Position numbers and translations under genes: made by a program
Origin: Vicugna vicugna
Taxonomy: Eukaryota
Assembly (NCBI GenBank): GCA_013265495.1
Contig: MU058337.1
Location: forward strand, 1,108,777-1,172,776
Length of the DNA stretch: 64,000 bases
Reading direction: 5' to 3'
Shown here: one piece after another, positions 35,560 through 48,562 of the stretch
Position numbering within the stretch: position 1 is the first letter of the stretch
Layout of the letters: each line of letters begins with the position of its first letter
Notes under the pieces: model-generated
Seen by the model: the letters and a program-made list of their open reading frames with translations, nothing else
What the model was told of the DNA's origin: nothing
Databases searched by the model: none

Positions 35560-37638
35560 ATCATTTAACCACCTCTCAAATACTGCCAAACAATCAAAAC
35601 TGTCTTTGAGACTGGACTTCGTAAAACTGCAGTCCTGGGATTGAGACGGTTCAATCCAACAAGTTACAAACTACGTACAAACTACGGTTTTGATCAAGTT
35701 TTCAGAGCCTAGCTCCCCATCTCTGAAGCAGTTATAATAGGACATCTTAGAAATTCCAAGTGATATGTATGAAGCGCTCGCAATATAAAATGATTCTCAG
35801 ACAGTGGCCGTCACCATTTTGCTCTGATGAACTAAGTGGGATTAAACCCTGCTACTGGCTGTTCCAGTAGCTGATGGCCGGGCTAGTTGAACTTTGAACT
35901 TCTCAAGTGAATTCAGCTTTCTTGGCCAGAAATTGACTGTGTGCTCCATGCTTCAGGATTACCTTCACTTGCAATGTTGCCATGCAGGCTACAAAGAGAC
36001 GCTTCTGGAGCTGAGTCAGCCTTCTTTATTCTGAAGCAACTGGGCCCTCTTGGAGGATGTCTCCCCTGAGAGGGTGAGAGCAATGGCCAGTAGCAGAACC
36101 ACAACCTGAGTGATCAAAGAATTGGGAGATAATGGTTTACACTGCTGATCAGCCCTTGGAACTTGACTTAAAAACAAACAGTATAGGAATTCAAAGGACA
36201 CTCTTTCTAAGAATACGTTCACCCCATTAATCAGTTTCTCAAATGAGTCACATTTTTTAAAAAAACGTAATAATCACTAATCTAAGGTGTACAGGCATTG
36301 GGGAATAATTTTTTCTCTGTGAGGGCTCACATTTTTTCTAAAGACCACAACCATTGTTTTTTAATAAAAGTACTAGGAATTTCAAGGGCATATCAGCATA
36401 ACTGACATTTTGGATATGAAATCATAATAAATTATTAGAGATAATTTTTAAAAGGAAAAATTTAAGCTTTTGTGAAATTGAAAGCTTACATTTTATATTT
36501 AATTTAATGTTGCAATAGTTTTAGAAAGATGTATTTCAATCAGTCGTCACCCTGCTAAGTTCATACTGTAACCGTTTTTCACAAATTTTCTTTCAGTTCT
36601 AGGTCCCAAACTATTTCAGACAGGACATTGGGACTTTCTTATTAGTCAGTATCTAAATTCAGTATTTCCAAGAAGAGACTCAAGAACAGCTTTTAAGGAA
36701 GATTTTATCACCTCTTGCTAAATCACATTTCAAATTGCTAACAGGGTATTGCACAGCACAAATGGGACCACGTGTTCAACAGTCAAGACAAGCAGACGTG
36801 ACTGTAAAACGAGAGTCAGGCATGCAGGACCTTGTATGTCAGGATAATCTGGCTACATAATATAGACACAGCCAGAGGTTTAACTGCTCAGCTGTGCTGG
36901 AAGCTGTTAGTGAGAGCCAGGGGTCACCTCTTCAACAGCAGAAGCCGGCGGTCGTGAGCTCCTGGCACACGGCCCGGTGGTCTGAATAATCAAACAAGAG
37001 CTGAAGTCACCCAGAGACTCCCAGCCCAAGTCCAGGACGTTGACATGCAGTGACAGGACACTCACTGAAATCCAAGGAACAGCACAGGAGGGTCAACCAG
37101 GCCTTGTCTGGAGTGTTCTGGAAACAACAGACAGGACAGGGTGTAAATTAGAGAATTTTAATAATGCTTTCTTTGAGAACAAAAATACAAATGCTGATAA
37201 AAGTTTGTATTTAGCTACTCCCTATGTTTCTTAAGTCTATCGCTTCTGGGGGAAAATTATGAGAAATTGTATCACTTTGTGTTGTCTTTGAAAATAACTG
37301 AAAATGTTTCCGCAAATGACTTTAACACCCATCACTGCGAGAGTTTATTCAACCCTAACATTTATCATTTTATCTTCTTCCTGTTTACTTTGTCATTTAG
37401 CATAACTTCTCTAGAAACTTTTTTTTTGATTTGTCAACAACATGGGATAAGACTTTTTCTCCATGACCCCATGAGAGAGTTCATAGGACCTGGAGAGAGA
37501 TATGTACCCACAAGGATAAAAGCCAAGCTCCCTAGCCTGACCTTGGCAATCAGTGTAACATTGTTTCTTTTCATGACCTTCTGATTATTTGGGAACAAAA
37601 TTATCTTTCTGTGCCTAAGCTTGTAAGGCACTTGATAC

Positions 37639-37690
37639 GTTGGCTTTCGCCCGGTCTGTCAGTGGTTGGCTTTCGCCCGGTCTGTCAGTG
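37639..37690. repeat. perfect 26-bp tandem duplication
   Basis: GTTGGCTTTCGCCCGGTCTGTCAGTG occurs twice in tandem. Confidence 0.98.
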
Positions 37691-38109
37691 GAAGCCAGTG
37701 TTATCTGCCTATTCGCGGGAGCTGTCTCAGCAGTTAACTTTCGTTTTAAGGAAACAGAACGAAATTCCGCAGTAATATTTTATTTTGCCATCACAGATAA
37801 CAAACAGATTATGAACGAGCTGTAGCTTCATGATGTACGAAAAGAGAATAGTTCCTTAGGATGATCATTTTAAAATAATACTAAAAAGAGGAAAGCAAGC
37901 TTAATTAGTGATTTTGAGAATTACTAGTTCTTGCTTTGATCTGAGTTTAGAAAAACTATGGTCAATAATACTCTAATACCAGTATCACAGACAGTCTTGA
38001 AACTTTATTAACACTTGAAATACATTAAGAAGCAAGAGTAAAAATTTTACAATTTTACTTTTGTTGCCTCTACGCTTGTTTCTTTATGCTGTATAATGTG
38101 TGTTACTAA

Positions 38110-38560
38110 ATCTGAATTTAATTCCTGGATCTGCCATCCATTCACCATGTGAACACACTTAATTTGAGAGCTTCTCCTCACATTCCTTGTCTTCTAGTTT
38201 CTAGTTGGCAAAACAGGAGGATAAACAACATATTTATCCGTAGGAGTTTTAATGAGATGAGCACAGATCACTGCAGAAAGCTTTTTTTTTTTTAAAGCAT
38301 TTATATTTGAAAGCAATACAAAGTGTTTAAAAGCGAGGATTTTGAAGTATAGTTAGACTGCTGTTTGTGACTGAATTTTGCTAAATAGGACGTATTGGCC
38401 TGGAGGAAATAACCTCTCAAATACGAATTACTTACCTATAAAATTAGTATAACAGTCACACCACACACAGCGTCGTCATGAGGACTGTATGAGATTCAAA
38501 AGCATGTTTAGCACATAACCAGGGTCTCAGGGCTCAACTGGCTTCGGCAACCATTTATTA
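38110..38560 (+). mobile_element. two degenerate MIR SINEs
   Basis: AATTCCTGGATCTGCC..ATGTGA, and a second copy with ACCTATAAAATTAGTATAACAG..ATGAGGACTGTATGAGAT..GTTTAGCACATAACC. Confidence 0.55.
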
Positions 38561-39344
38561 CTGCAGGAATAAAAGCTGAGGGATCTGTTTTCATCTAATT
38601 AAAACAATTTCCTTCAAGCTGAAGAGTAGGACTGATTCCAGTCTCAATCACGTCTCTGAGAATTAGGTTGTGTGTCTAGTGGGAGGCTAGAAATGCAGAC
38701 TGTGGTCCTGGGTGGTAAGTCTTAGCAGACATTGCTGAGTCATCAGCCATTGTGCAGTGACTGAAGCCAAACGTATGGATGGAATCACCCAGTAAAATAC
38801 AGACAGAGACAGAAGGACAAGTCCATAGGGAGCACAGACAGTGAAGGCCAGGAAGACACAGGAGAAAATTTGTCCTTTCCCCTGAAATTAGAGGGATGGA
38901 ACTAGGGGCCGGGGACAGACACAGTCAAAATTTTAGTGAGGAAGAGCATGAAGAATGGCCATGTTTAATTATCTCCACATTCTCTGATGCAGGTTTTAGG
39001 CTAATGGAATATAAGGAAAGAACAGAAAAAAGGGCAGTCAGTGAACCAGCCTTGGTGACACGGGTAATTCACAGGTGGGAACAGACAACAGGTTAGAAAG
39101 AGACGTAGGCCAATCAGGGAGGACCTTAGCTGTTGGAATAATGTTTATCCTCCATCACCGAGGGAAACGATAAGATGGAAACAGAGGCTTTGGGAGCTTA
39201 AGTTGCCCATAGAGTTCAAGATAAACTATAGGAAAACTAGACTCAAGGAAACCAGTGAGCATGCTATGGTGACAAAGGTGCTCTGAGCGCATTTTCGAAA
39301 TGGTCTGAGCCTCTGGTCTGCTCTCTGCCACGCCACCACTTTCC

Positions 39345-39650
39345 ACCACTTTGAACCCCATCGCTAACCCCCTTCATCCTTCAGTTCTCAACTCAAGTAT
39401 CACCTTTCCAGGGTAGCTTTCCCTGACACCTGGTCTGATCTTAATACCACGTCCTCAATACTGTCATGGTCCCCAATCAAGAAACTTATCACTCTGTTCT
39501 GTGACGCTCACCTACTGTCCTTCTCCCCAACTAAACTGCAAAATTCCTAACAGATGGAAACCACGCCTCCTTGTGCTCTGGCATCTGGCACATAACCTGG
39601 AACATCATCAAAATTCAATGAAGGTGAATGAATAAATGAAGGAAGGAACA
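39345..39650 (+). mobile_element. L2 3' end
   Basis: TTCATCCTTCAGTTTCTCAACTCAAGTATCACC...GCATCTGGCACATAACCTGG...TGAATGAATAAATGAA. Further antisense L2 and MIR debris lies at about 38600-39270. Confidence 0.75.
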
Positions 39651-40284
39651 AAGACATAGATCCTGACTAAATACTATTACTATAAATCACAAAATCAGAA
39701 ATGAAGCATGGACAGAGCATCTTTTACAGTGAGCTATGTGAAAATGGTTCTTCTAAGAAAATGAAGGGTAATTAGTGAACATTTTTTTTTGGCAGTAAAG
39801 GTCAATAAATTCTTGTTAAGGCATTCTAACCATAATTTATAGTCAGACAACCAGCGTGCTCCCCACAATTGCTTCCAAGTTATTCTGTGAAGCAGTTGGC
39901 AGATGTGCTAAGCCCTTCCCTGCCAGCCGAGAGCCAAAGGGTGAGAATGTAATGAAGTCGTTCTCCTTCTCTTGTGTTCTTGAACCGGCTTTTCTATTAA
40001 AGAAAATCAGGAATCAGCCTGACCTTCCTTGCAACGAATGATGCTTTACAGAATTTTTTTTTTAAATGCCACACAGAAGGCAGTGACTTTCATATGGTGA
40101 GGCTATGCCTAGAGTCCCACCAAGTCAGTGATTTCGCGGAATTGGTTGGCTAGTGACTTGTCAGAGCTTAGATACGGTCGCCAAAGACGATTAGGTGGAA
40201 AACTCCCAGGCCTTTTATCTGGACCTAGAAGAAAAATTGTCTCCTAACCGCAAAAGCATGATTTATTTTAGCATTCCTCTACAT

Positions 40285-40495
40285 CAGTGTTTTTCAGACC
40301 ATCTTAACGTGCACCCATGTGACCATGACCTAGTCCCTTACACATGTAGGAATGTATCAAGCTTTGTGAATTTTCTCTTTTCCCCTCTTCACGTCACTTC
40401 ACGGCTGTTCTATTCTACTGGCTTTTTAAGAGCCCTCTGAAGCCCTGATACTGGTGTCTTCAGCCGCTGATGGGTCTCAGCCACACATCATTTTA
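40285..40495. mobile_element. hAT-Charlie MITE remnant
   Basis: CAGTGTTTTTCAGAC start and CCGCTGATGGGTCTCAGCC near the end, Charlie/MER113-like. Confidence 0.4.
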
Positions 40496-40834
40496 CAACA
40501 CGATGGACGTAAGCAGCAAAATTACAGACTAGAGAGTGAAGTCCGCTTTCACCTTTGTGTTGGTTTTTACTGTTTTGCCTAATTGATTTAATCCAGCTGA
40601 AGATCCATGCGGTCAAATTTCAGACTCTCTTTATCTGTGTCTTAAAACATTTCATCTTTCAGCTTCTTTTTGCTTTGTTCTGTGTGTGGTGTGGGAGAGT
40701 GAGAGAGAGAAAAGAAGGACCACAGACCACGTGAGCTCTGTCTTAGGATAAAGATAACCTTTGGGAAGCAGAAAGGGTGAGACTTCAACGTCATCTAGCT
40801 AAACATTCCTGGAATTTTACCTTGATTTTGGCCT

Positions 40835-40970
40835 CATTCATGAATCCATTCAACACACATCTTGTAGCCCTTACTGTCCGTCAAGTTCGGTGCCTGGCTG
40901 TTGGCGAGTCAAAGATGAAATATAGGTTTCTGCCATAAATATGTTTAGCATCTGGGGAGGAGGGAGATGG
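40835..40970 (-). mobile_element. L2 3' end
   Basis: CATTCATGAATCCATTCAACACACATCTTG...CAAAGATGAAATATAGG. Confidence 0.6.
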
Positions 40971-42179
40971 GAGAAAAATTATGAAGTAATTATTTTGAAA
41001 AACCAACCTATATTTTAGGTCACCATTTCCTGATCTGAGTTAAACTGCTATCTCAGTGCAATAAACTATAATAAGAGATGCTGTGGATCTAAAATTCAAC
41101 TTGATAGAAAAATAAACCTCTAGGCCCAGTGGTTGCACTCTGTTTGTGGCAGAGAGTTGATTTGAGCTTAACTTTATCCCCCCTACCCCTGAGCTAGTCA
41201 AGGCTTCCTCCAAACCACTGGCTCCTTGATTCCAGACCCTCACCTCCTTGGAGGAGCCATTAAAAAGTCTTGCTTGTGATGCTCTGTGCACGTGAGGACT
41301 TGATACCCTGATAAATCCATCCTGCTAATCTTAGTGCACACACTGCTATACTCTTGGACTAGGATTATCTCATTTCCTCATTGATAAATAATAGGAGTGA
41401 GTAAAAGACTTAAGAAAAGCCAAGGTGTAGATAACTTCAAGTGTGATTCAGTACATACTTGCTTTTCTCCTGTGGCTAGCAGGAGAGAGATCATCTTGCA
41501 TCTGATATCATTTGCTAATAGTGATATGAAAATGCACATGAGACGAAAGAAATCCAAAGGCATAAATAAACCCTTAATTATTTTCAGAAAAATTTGTAAA
41601 TAGGCTCTGGCTGGGAAAGAATTACACTTTACCTTCTAAGTCACTTTAATGGTCATGTTTGAAGTGAGATGTGAGAAACCTAAATGGGTGACTAAACATA
41701 CACAGAAAGTTCCCACCAGGACAGGAAAATTCAGCAGGGCAAGGAACAAGCAGTGAGACAGTGAGAAGAGGCGCAAAGCACTGTCTGCTGTCCGCTTGCT
41801 CTTACAGCCAAATCCAGAGAAACCACCTCGCATCTGGAATTCTCAGTGATGACCGTAGATTCCGTGTCAGTTTCCAATGTCTCCCCGTTGGGCCTTGGCT
41901 CTGGGGCTGCTGTGCCCAGGGTGGGGGACAGAGAGCACGGGGTCGTCCTTGCCACAAATCCTGTGACCCTCAAGAGGCCATGTTACCGTCCTCAGCTCCC
42001 TCCTCCGCTTTGTGCGCAGTTTCAGCGCCCATCTCATAAGGCTGTGCTGCTGATCACGTGGGCTCGTGTAAATCTCGACGTGCGGTGTGAACCTAAGTGG
42101 TAGTTGCGTTAAATCTGAATCTGAATTTGCTCTTTCTAGACTAGATCTTCCAGTCCCAAGACTTCATCTGTTGTCTTCA

Positions 42180-42980
42180 TGCCAAAGGTGACCAGCTCCC
42201 GTCTTGGCAGCCCTGACTTCTCTCTGGAGCCACGCTGCTGGCTGGCTGTTTTCTCCTGGGCAGAACACCCTCACTTCCACCTCAGTGTGTTTAAAGGACT
42301 GTATTTACCCCCAGGCTACCTTCCTGTCCCGTAGCTTCTTTTCCTCTAAATGATAGAATTACCCTTTCCAGTTGCCTAAGGGCAAAACACTGGTGTCACC
42401 TTCAGGGTCCTCCTCCCCTCGCTCGGCCCACACCTGCCTATTTTCCACACTGTGTCAGGCCCTGCGTTAGGACAGGAAAGGCACACAGTTGCCAATTGCC
42501 CAGGCAGTCAAACCCCATCTTCTCACTATTTCCCTCCCCTGTGCCTCTGCCAACTCAGCTTTCCTGTTACCATCACCGCAGCTCAAGCCCTCGAGTGCAG
42601 CGGGAGTTAAAACGAGACTTTCCACTCTTCAGCGCCTCCTGCACACTCTTGCCAGACTGGTACCTTTAAGCTTCATCCTTGCACAGGATTTGCGATGTCT
42701 CCTCTGGCCCCCAGCAACGGGCATGAACTCCTCAGCCCTCTGTCTTGGACCAACATCACTTTTCCGGTCTCATCTCCAAGGCAGATCTTTGTCTCTCTCC
42801 CATCCTGGCTCACAATGAGCTTTTTTATTCTTTTGCTTTGACTCAAATCTCTTCCCTCAGCCCCCAAACCACAGAGGAACATTCTTTACTCTACCCCCGA
42901 AACTCTGTCCATCTTTAAAACAAGCTCTATTCTCTTCTCTTCTCTGAAACCTTAGCAGAGCATCCTCGCCAGGGGCTGGA
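42180..42980 (+). mobile_element. L2 body fragment
   Basis: CAGCCCTGACTTCTCTCTGGAGC...CCAGTTGCCTAAGGGCAAAAC...TTCATCCTTGCACAGGATT, a degenerate L2 ORF2 3' region. Confidence 0.6.
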
Positions 42981-45900
42981 ACTCACTCACTCTGACCTCT
43001 GCTTCATTTCGTGGGAAGAAAATCTCAGCATCTTCTCAACTTGTCAACTAGCGTGTTTTAAAGTTGAAAGTGCATTTGTTTTCCTTGGTGTCTCTGCAAA
43101 TTTTTGAATAGATGGTTTAACGTTCCTACTGTTCCCCTCTCTCACTCTCCATATATATGTAAATATATACTTACATGCCTATATTTACGTATCTATTGGC
43201 GGATAGATAAAGTTCAGAGCATCATCCTGCTTGTATAAGAAACACAGTAGAATTTGGAAATGTTGTACATGTGTCATGTTTCATGTAAATAATTACTTGT
43301 AAAATCAAAGTGAAAATGATCTGCTTCGATAGCCCTCAGCAATACACCACCAAAACAGCCGAGCTGTGCAGGTAACAGAGAGGACTCTAAAGAAATCCAT
43401 TATTCTTGAATAAAGATGGTTCCAGGCCTTGTAGGAGCACGGTTTTTAACTTCACTGAAATTTCACACCAAACTTTTTTTTTTTCTTGTAGCTAGGTAGT
43501 GATTGATTTTTCTCAACATAAACAGCAGTAGATTAGGGAATTAATTAAGGGAAGCCTAGAATGTCTTCTCCCTGACTTCACTTCACTCACAGTGCCTGCT
43601 GGGCAGATGCAGGCAGCACTGGTAAGGAGATTATTTCTCCTTAGGGCTTGCAGAATGTAACAACTATTGTGATTAAAAGGCCTAAGGGATTTATAGTGAG
43701 AAAAGACTCAGCTATGACCTGACAACTAAAGAATATTCAACAAAATCAATTGTAGTTAATCCTTCCAACTGGTTAAAAAAAAAAAAAAAAAAGGAAGGAA
43801 GATGTTCAAGGATTTCATTCAACTCTGTGATGGGTGAGGGAGCCAGGAAGATGGTGAAGCTAGATTCAAAACCACTTGAGGAAGAAGGTTTGAATGCATC
43901 CCCAGGAAATGCATTTAAAAAGCAGAATATTAGAATGAGATATGGGTGAGTCCAATACAGAAATGATTAATATCTTAGAGGGCAAGAAAACTGAAATCTT
44001 TCAGGGTTAATTTTACTACTGAACAGAAATCTACAATTACCAGGTAACTTCGTGTTGTCTACATGGTAATCAAAGACGACCAAACAACCAAGTCAGATGT
44101 GCTGAATAAACATTGGGTGGCTTGACGCACAATAACTCAGTATGATCTAGAAAAGGCATGCCACTCACCTTTTCCCTAAGTTTCAAAAGCTTTCCCTTAA
44201 TCGCAGTTATCCTCTCCAAGAATCTGACGAAAGCTGTGGACCAGTCACTCGTGGTATTATGCTATTTTAGGAGGTTGGTGATCTCCCAGAAACCCATCCA
44301 TATGCCCCCAGGGGTCCATGCCCTCAAGAGTGGAAAGGCTTGGTCCTTATTCTCCACGGCTGAAGCACAACCAGGGTGACCATTTATCTTGGTTTTCTTT
44401 TCGGGGAAACATGCAGGATACTCACGACAAACAAGTGGATTCCACCTCCAGCGGACTGGCCTCCAGAGCAGTAGGGAAGTATCTGGCACTCGTGTGTCAG
44501 CCTGCCAGCCCCGGACGGCCACCACGGCCTCACGCTATGAGAGGTATGAAGCCACTGAGCAGCAAGACGTCTGGCTAAGTGGGAAATGTGAGAAATTCGA
44601 GGTGAGATGATGTGAAAAATGAGTAGGAAATAGGGGCTGAGCAGTCATGACAGCCAGCAGATAGAGATGCTTGTGCCCTCTTCAAAGTCCAGGGGAACAC
44701 AGAATTATTCTTTACTGTTTTATGATGCAGTTTCCTATTTTTAAATACTTCGGGCAACTATAAACTGAAAAAAGAAGTTCATTTTCAATGAAAATAGGGC
44801 CCTGGGTTTCCGTTTTTCAAGAAAGCTGATGACCCTGCATGGGTTGGACTGTTTTCCACCGTTTACCATTCGTAGAGGGGAGAGAAGCAGGCTCGTGATT
44901 ACACCACCAGTGGCTCCTGAAGAGCATCGGTATCTATTTCAAAAGCTATATTTTATTTTTTAGACTTGACGCAAATATTATTTAAAGGCTTTAGAAAAGG
45001 TCCGTTTTATAGTATTCAGTGAAGCATAATGTTTCATTTAGATCAGTGACTCTTGTTTCAGTTAATTTCACTCCTTTTTTTTTAATTCCAGGTTTCCGTT
45101 TGCACCTACAAAGAGTGAAGCAGGTTCACCCGCTGGCTCCGTTGGCAGAAGAATGTGTCAGAGTTAAACGGTGCCAGTTTTGTATCAGTGCCGTCGGATG
45201 CTACGGAGGGAAAAGGCGTTAGTCCCAGTGAGGTTCCAATTTCTCACCCAGTTCACAGGATCAAAGGAAGGCTTCAGGAAGTTACTTCTGTCAAAGGTGA
45301 CTCATGACTGTAAATGCTGTTACAAAATCGAATGAAAAGTTCAACGTTGAAGATAAGATAGTGTATTTTTTGTTGTTTTTTGGTTTGCTTGCTTTTAGTG
45401 ATAATACCATATAAATTTTGGTCAAGCACCAGCACTGTGGTAAAACAATGTTTTTACTAAATTAAGAAGTCTGTGAATTTTGTTGTAATGTATACATAAT
45501 TCTTAACAGGCATCTAAACAAGCTCAGTAGTTCAAAGACAGAATGACAACAGGTTTGGTATCGTTCATCTCTAGAAACTCAACTCCAGAATTTTTGAAGA
45601 AAGCTGATGGGAACACAAAAAATATTTCAGCGTGGCAGTTCATTCTCTTTGCTATATGTCATCATTCAGGCTTTGAAATGTTTGAGCCTTTGAAGACTCC
45701 CAGTTTAATACCTAAAATGGTATTGAATTTTGGTAGCTGGATCTCTCATATGTTGGTTGCAGTTTTGTTCAAAATCACATGAAAATCTTTAATCACGTTG
45801 TTTGAGAAACTGAGAACCCAAGAAAAGTCAGTTTGCAGAGCTTATAGCAAATCGTGATCATTCAAGGCAAAGCTTCTGAACTGGAAGATACTGTAAACTG

Positions 45901-46329
45901 TTCCTATAAAAGCACGGGAGGAGCCAAACACATTAAAATGACGAGAAGTCAAAAGATATTTAAGATTAAAGTGTGATATTTTACAACTGCATTTTGAAAC
46001 AAGTTAATTTAGCATAAATGTCACTTGATGAAGCACCTACTTCTAATTGAGTAAATCAATACTCTAGCAAATTAAAGTAAACTGAGAAGGGCCGCACGTT
46101 TACAGCGTCTGAATTTAATTCCCCTGAAAGACATTCAAAAGGAATTTGTGAAACTGTCTGTTGAATGAAAGTAACCTAAATGGAATTACCTGGGAAAATA
46201 TTTAAAATGAAATGTTTGCATATCTTACTAGGAAAACAAATCAGAAATGAGTATATTATCCATGTAGAATAATTTATTTTCAGATCACCAGCTATCTCAG
46301 CTCCTAGAAAAAGTGTATTTTCTCATTTC

Positions 46330-47545
46330 AAAATATCAGAGGCATATATATATTTCCTTGCTCTGTCAGCTGCAGGAACTAGAAGCAATGACACTCCAGG
46401 AGCTACAAGCATATCTAATGCCCAGATCTTGGTTTCTAACACCATTCTCCAGGAAAAGGAATCAGGGCCCCTGGGAGAACTGGCTGGATTCATGACCAGG
46501 GCAGGAAATACACATGGTGAGCCTGTAGCATCTGGTGGTGCCAGAAAACAAAACACAAAAAACATTAACGGGGGGGGGGGGGGNNNNNNNNNNNNNNNNN
46601 NNNNNNNNNNNNNNNNNNNNNNNNNNNNNNNNNNNNNNNNNNNNNNNNNNNNNNNNNNNNNNNNNNNNNNNNGGGGGGGGGGGGGGCAAAGGGACACAGG
46701 AGCCACCCAAAGGCGCCCTCAACGGCCAAAACTGTGACATTTTGAGCAACAATATAAAGCAGCATTGGAATATAGCCCAACGGATAAAATAAACACCCAA
46801 ACAGCTGGAGCTCTTACTGGTATAAATAAAAGATTAAACAAATAAACAGGGGAGAAGAGACAAACCTCTCACGCAGAAGAATTCCAAATAATTTACGTGG
46901 ATACTCTACCCTCAAGGAAGTGGGGCATAACTTCCCTCTGCTTAAATATGGGCTGTGGAGAGTGACTTCCTCTCAAAAAGGACAGTAAGGAAATAGAGGG
47001 GAAGGACCTTTCCAGTGGAGAGAACTGACAAACCCGCCCCAGCATCAACGGTGATAAAGCTTGTTGATGGCAGGTGCCCATGATGCGATGCAGGAATGGG
47101 GTTTTACCCTGGGGTCTTCCTCCTCCCAAAAGACACCGTCCCAGCCAAATCCCGGAGAGGAACAGAAGACAAACTCCAACAGCGGGACTGCCTATAAAAT
47201 GCCTGACCAGTTCTTCTCAAGACCGTCAAGGCCACCAGAACCAGGTCTAAGAAATGATCCCAGTCAAGGGGAGCCTAAGGGGACCTCAGGAGGAAGGGCT
47301 GGGCGGCCTCCTGCACGGGTTCCTGGAGTAGAAAGAAACCAGTAGGTTAAAACTAGGGCAATCTGAGTACACTATGGCTAATGAAAGAATAAGCTTTAGT
47401 TAATAGTCGTGCATCAATAGTGGTCCACTAATTGTAACACATGAACCATACCAGTGCGAGATATTAGTAACAGGGAACGCTGGGTGGGATGGTGGGCGGG
47501 AACTCTGGACTGCCTTGTAAATTTTCCTCTGATTCTAATAAAAGC
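46330..47545 (+). mobile_element. L1MD-type 3' end spanning an assembly gap
   Basis: GCCCAGATCTTGGTTTCTAACACCATTCTCC..GGAATCAGGG, CAAAGGGACACAGGAGCC, CAGAAGAATTCCAAATAATTTA, and terminal TTCTAATAAAA. Confidence 0.88.
46570..46686. other. assembly gap (88 N, 46584-46671) inside a poly-G tract
   Basis: G14-N88-G15 directly visible. Confidence 0.98.
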
Positions 47546-48279
47546 CCGGATACAAGCCACACACTTTACCTTTCACTTTGGGCTCCAATATGGCCGGGCT
47601 GGGTTGGCTGTGTCCCCAGCTCATTCGAATGGAAGGTCCCAACACTTTGTACATTCATTTCGGGATTGCAGATGTGTTCCCACTGAATTTCAGTTGGGAC
47701 TTCTCCCCAGAAACAATCCTGAATCTGTAAAAATATTACACTATGCTATGATTTTGAGCAGTCAAACTCCTCAAAAAATGAAAATTTTGTTTAAAAAAAT
47801 CAATCATCTACAAAGAAGACTCTTTGTAGATGGACCGAACTATACAATAATTTGGAAAAATTGCTGGTAATTTTATTTTTAAAAATTAAAAATAACAACT
47901 ATTGAAAAAAAAGTCTTCAGAAAAAGTTGCATCTATCAATCTTACATATCTTTGTAGTTTTTTAAAAACATGCTAATACACAAAATATACACTGAATGCT
48001 GCCTTTTTTTTCCTTCTAAATAAATATTTTATACATACACATAACCCAATCTTAGCTGTGCTTGCTGTCACTCCTCACTCTTGGTAATGTACTTTTGATC
48101 ATTTAAAAACTTTTCTTTTCTCCTCAGCATGATGTAATATTTGTTCATCTTTATAACTGGTGAGGGTACCACACCACACAGTAGGTCTCAGCAAAACTGA
48201 TTATAGAAGGAACCATAATTTAGACCAAAATCTATTTGAAGAACCATTGTAACAGTAAAATTGAGGTTAGATGACAGAA

Positions 48280-48562
48280 ATCAGTCATAAAAGACTACAT
48301 ATTTCATGATTCTGTTTACATAAAGTGTCTGTAAAGGCAAATACATAAAAGAAAGATTGGTGATGCCTGGGGCCAGAGGCGGAAATGGGGACTGACTGGA
48401 AATGAGTACAGAGGACGTCTGGGGGGTGACGGAAGTGTTCTAAATCTGGATGATGGTAAAGTTTGCGTAATTCTGTAAATTTACTAAAATCCATTGACTC
48501 ACATACTTAAAAGGGTAAATTTATGGGTCATAAATTATGCTTCAAGAAAGCTGTTTTTGAAA
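48280..48562 (+). mobile_element. L1MB/L1ME-type 3' end
   Basis: ATGATTCTGTTTACATAAAG...GGAAGTGTTCTAAATCTGGAT..TAAATTTACTAAAA..AAATTATGCTTCAAGAAAGCTG. Confidence 0.8.

Noticed and set aside
46323..46800. Several ORFs containing X runs
   Set aside because: They read through the N gap inside an L1MD 3'UTR.
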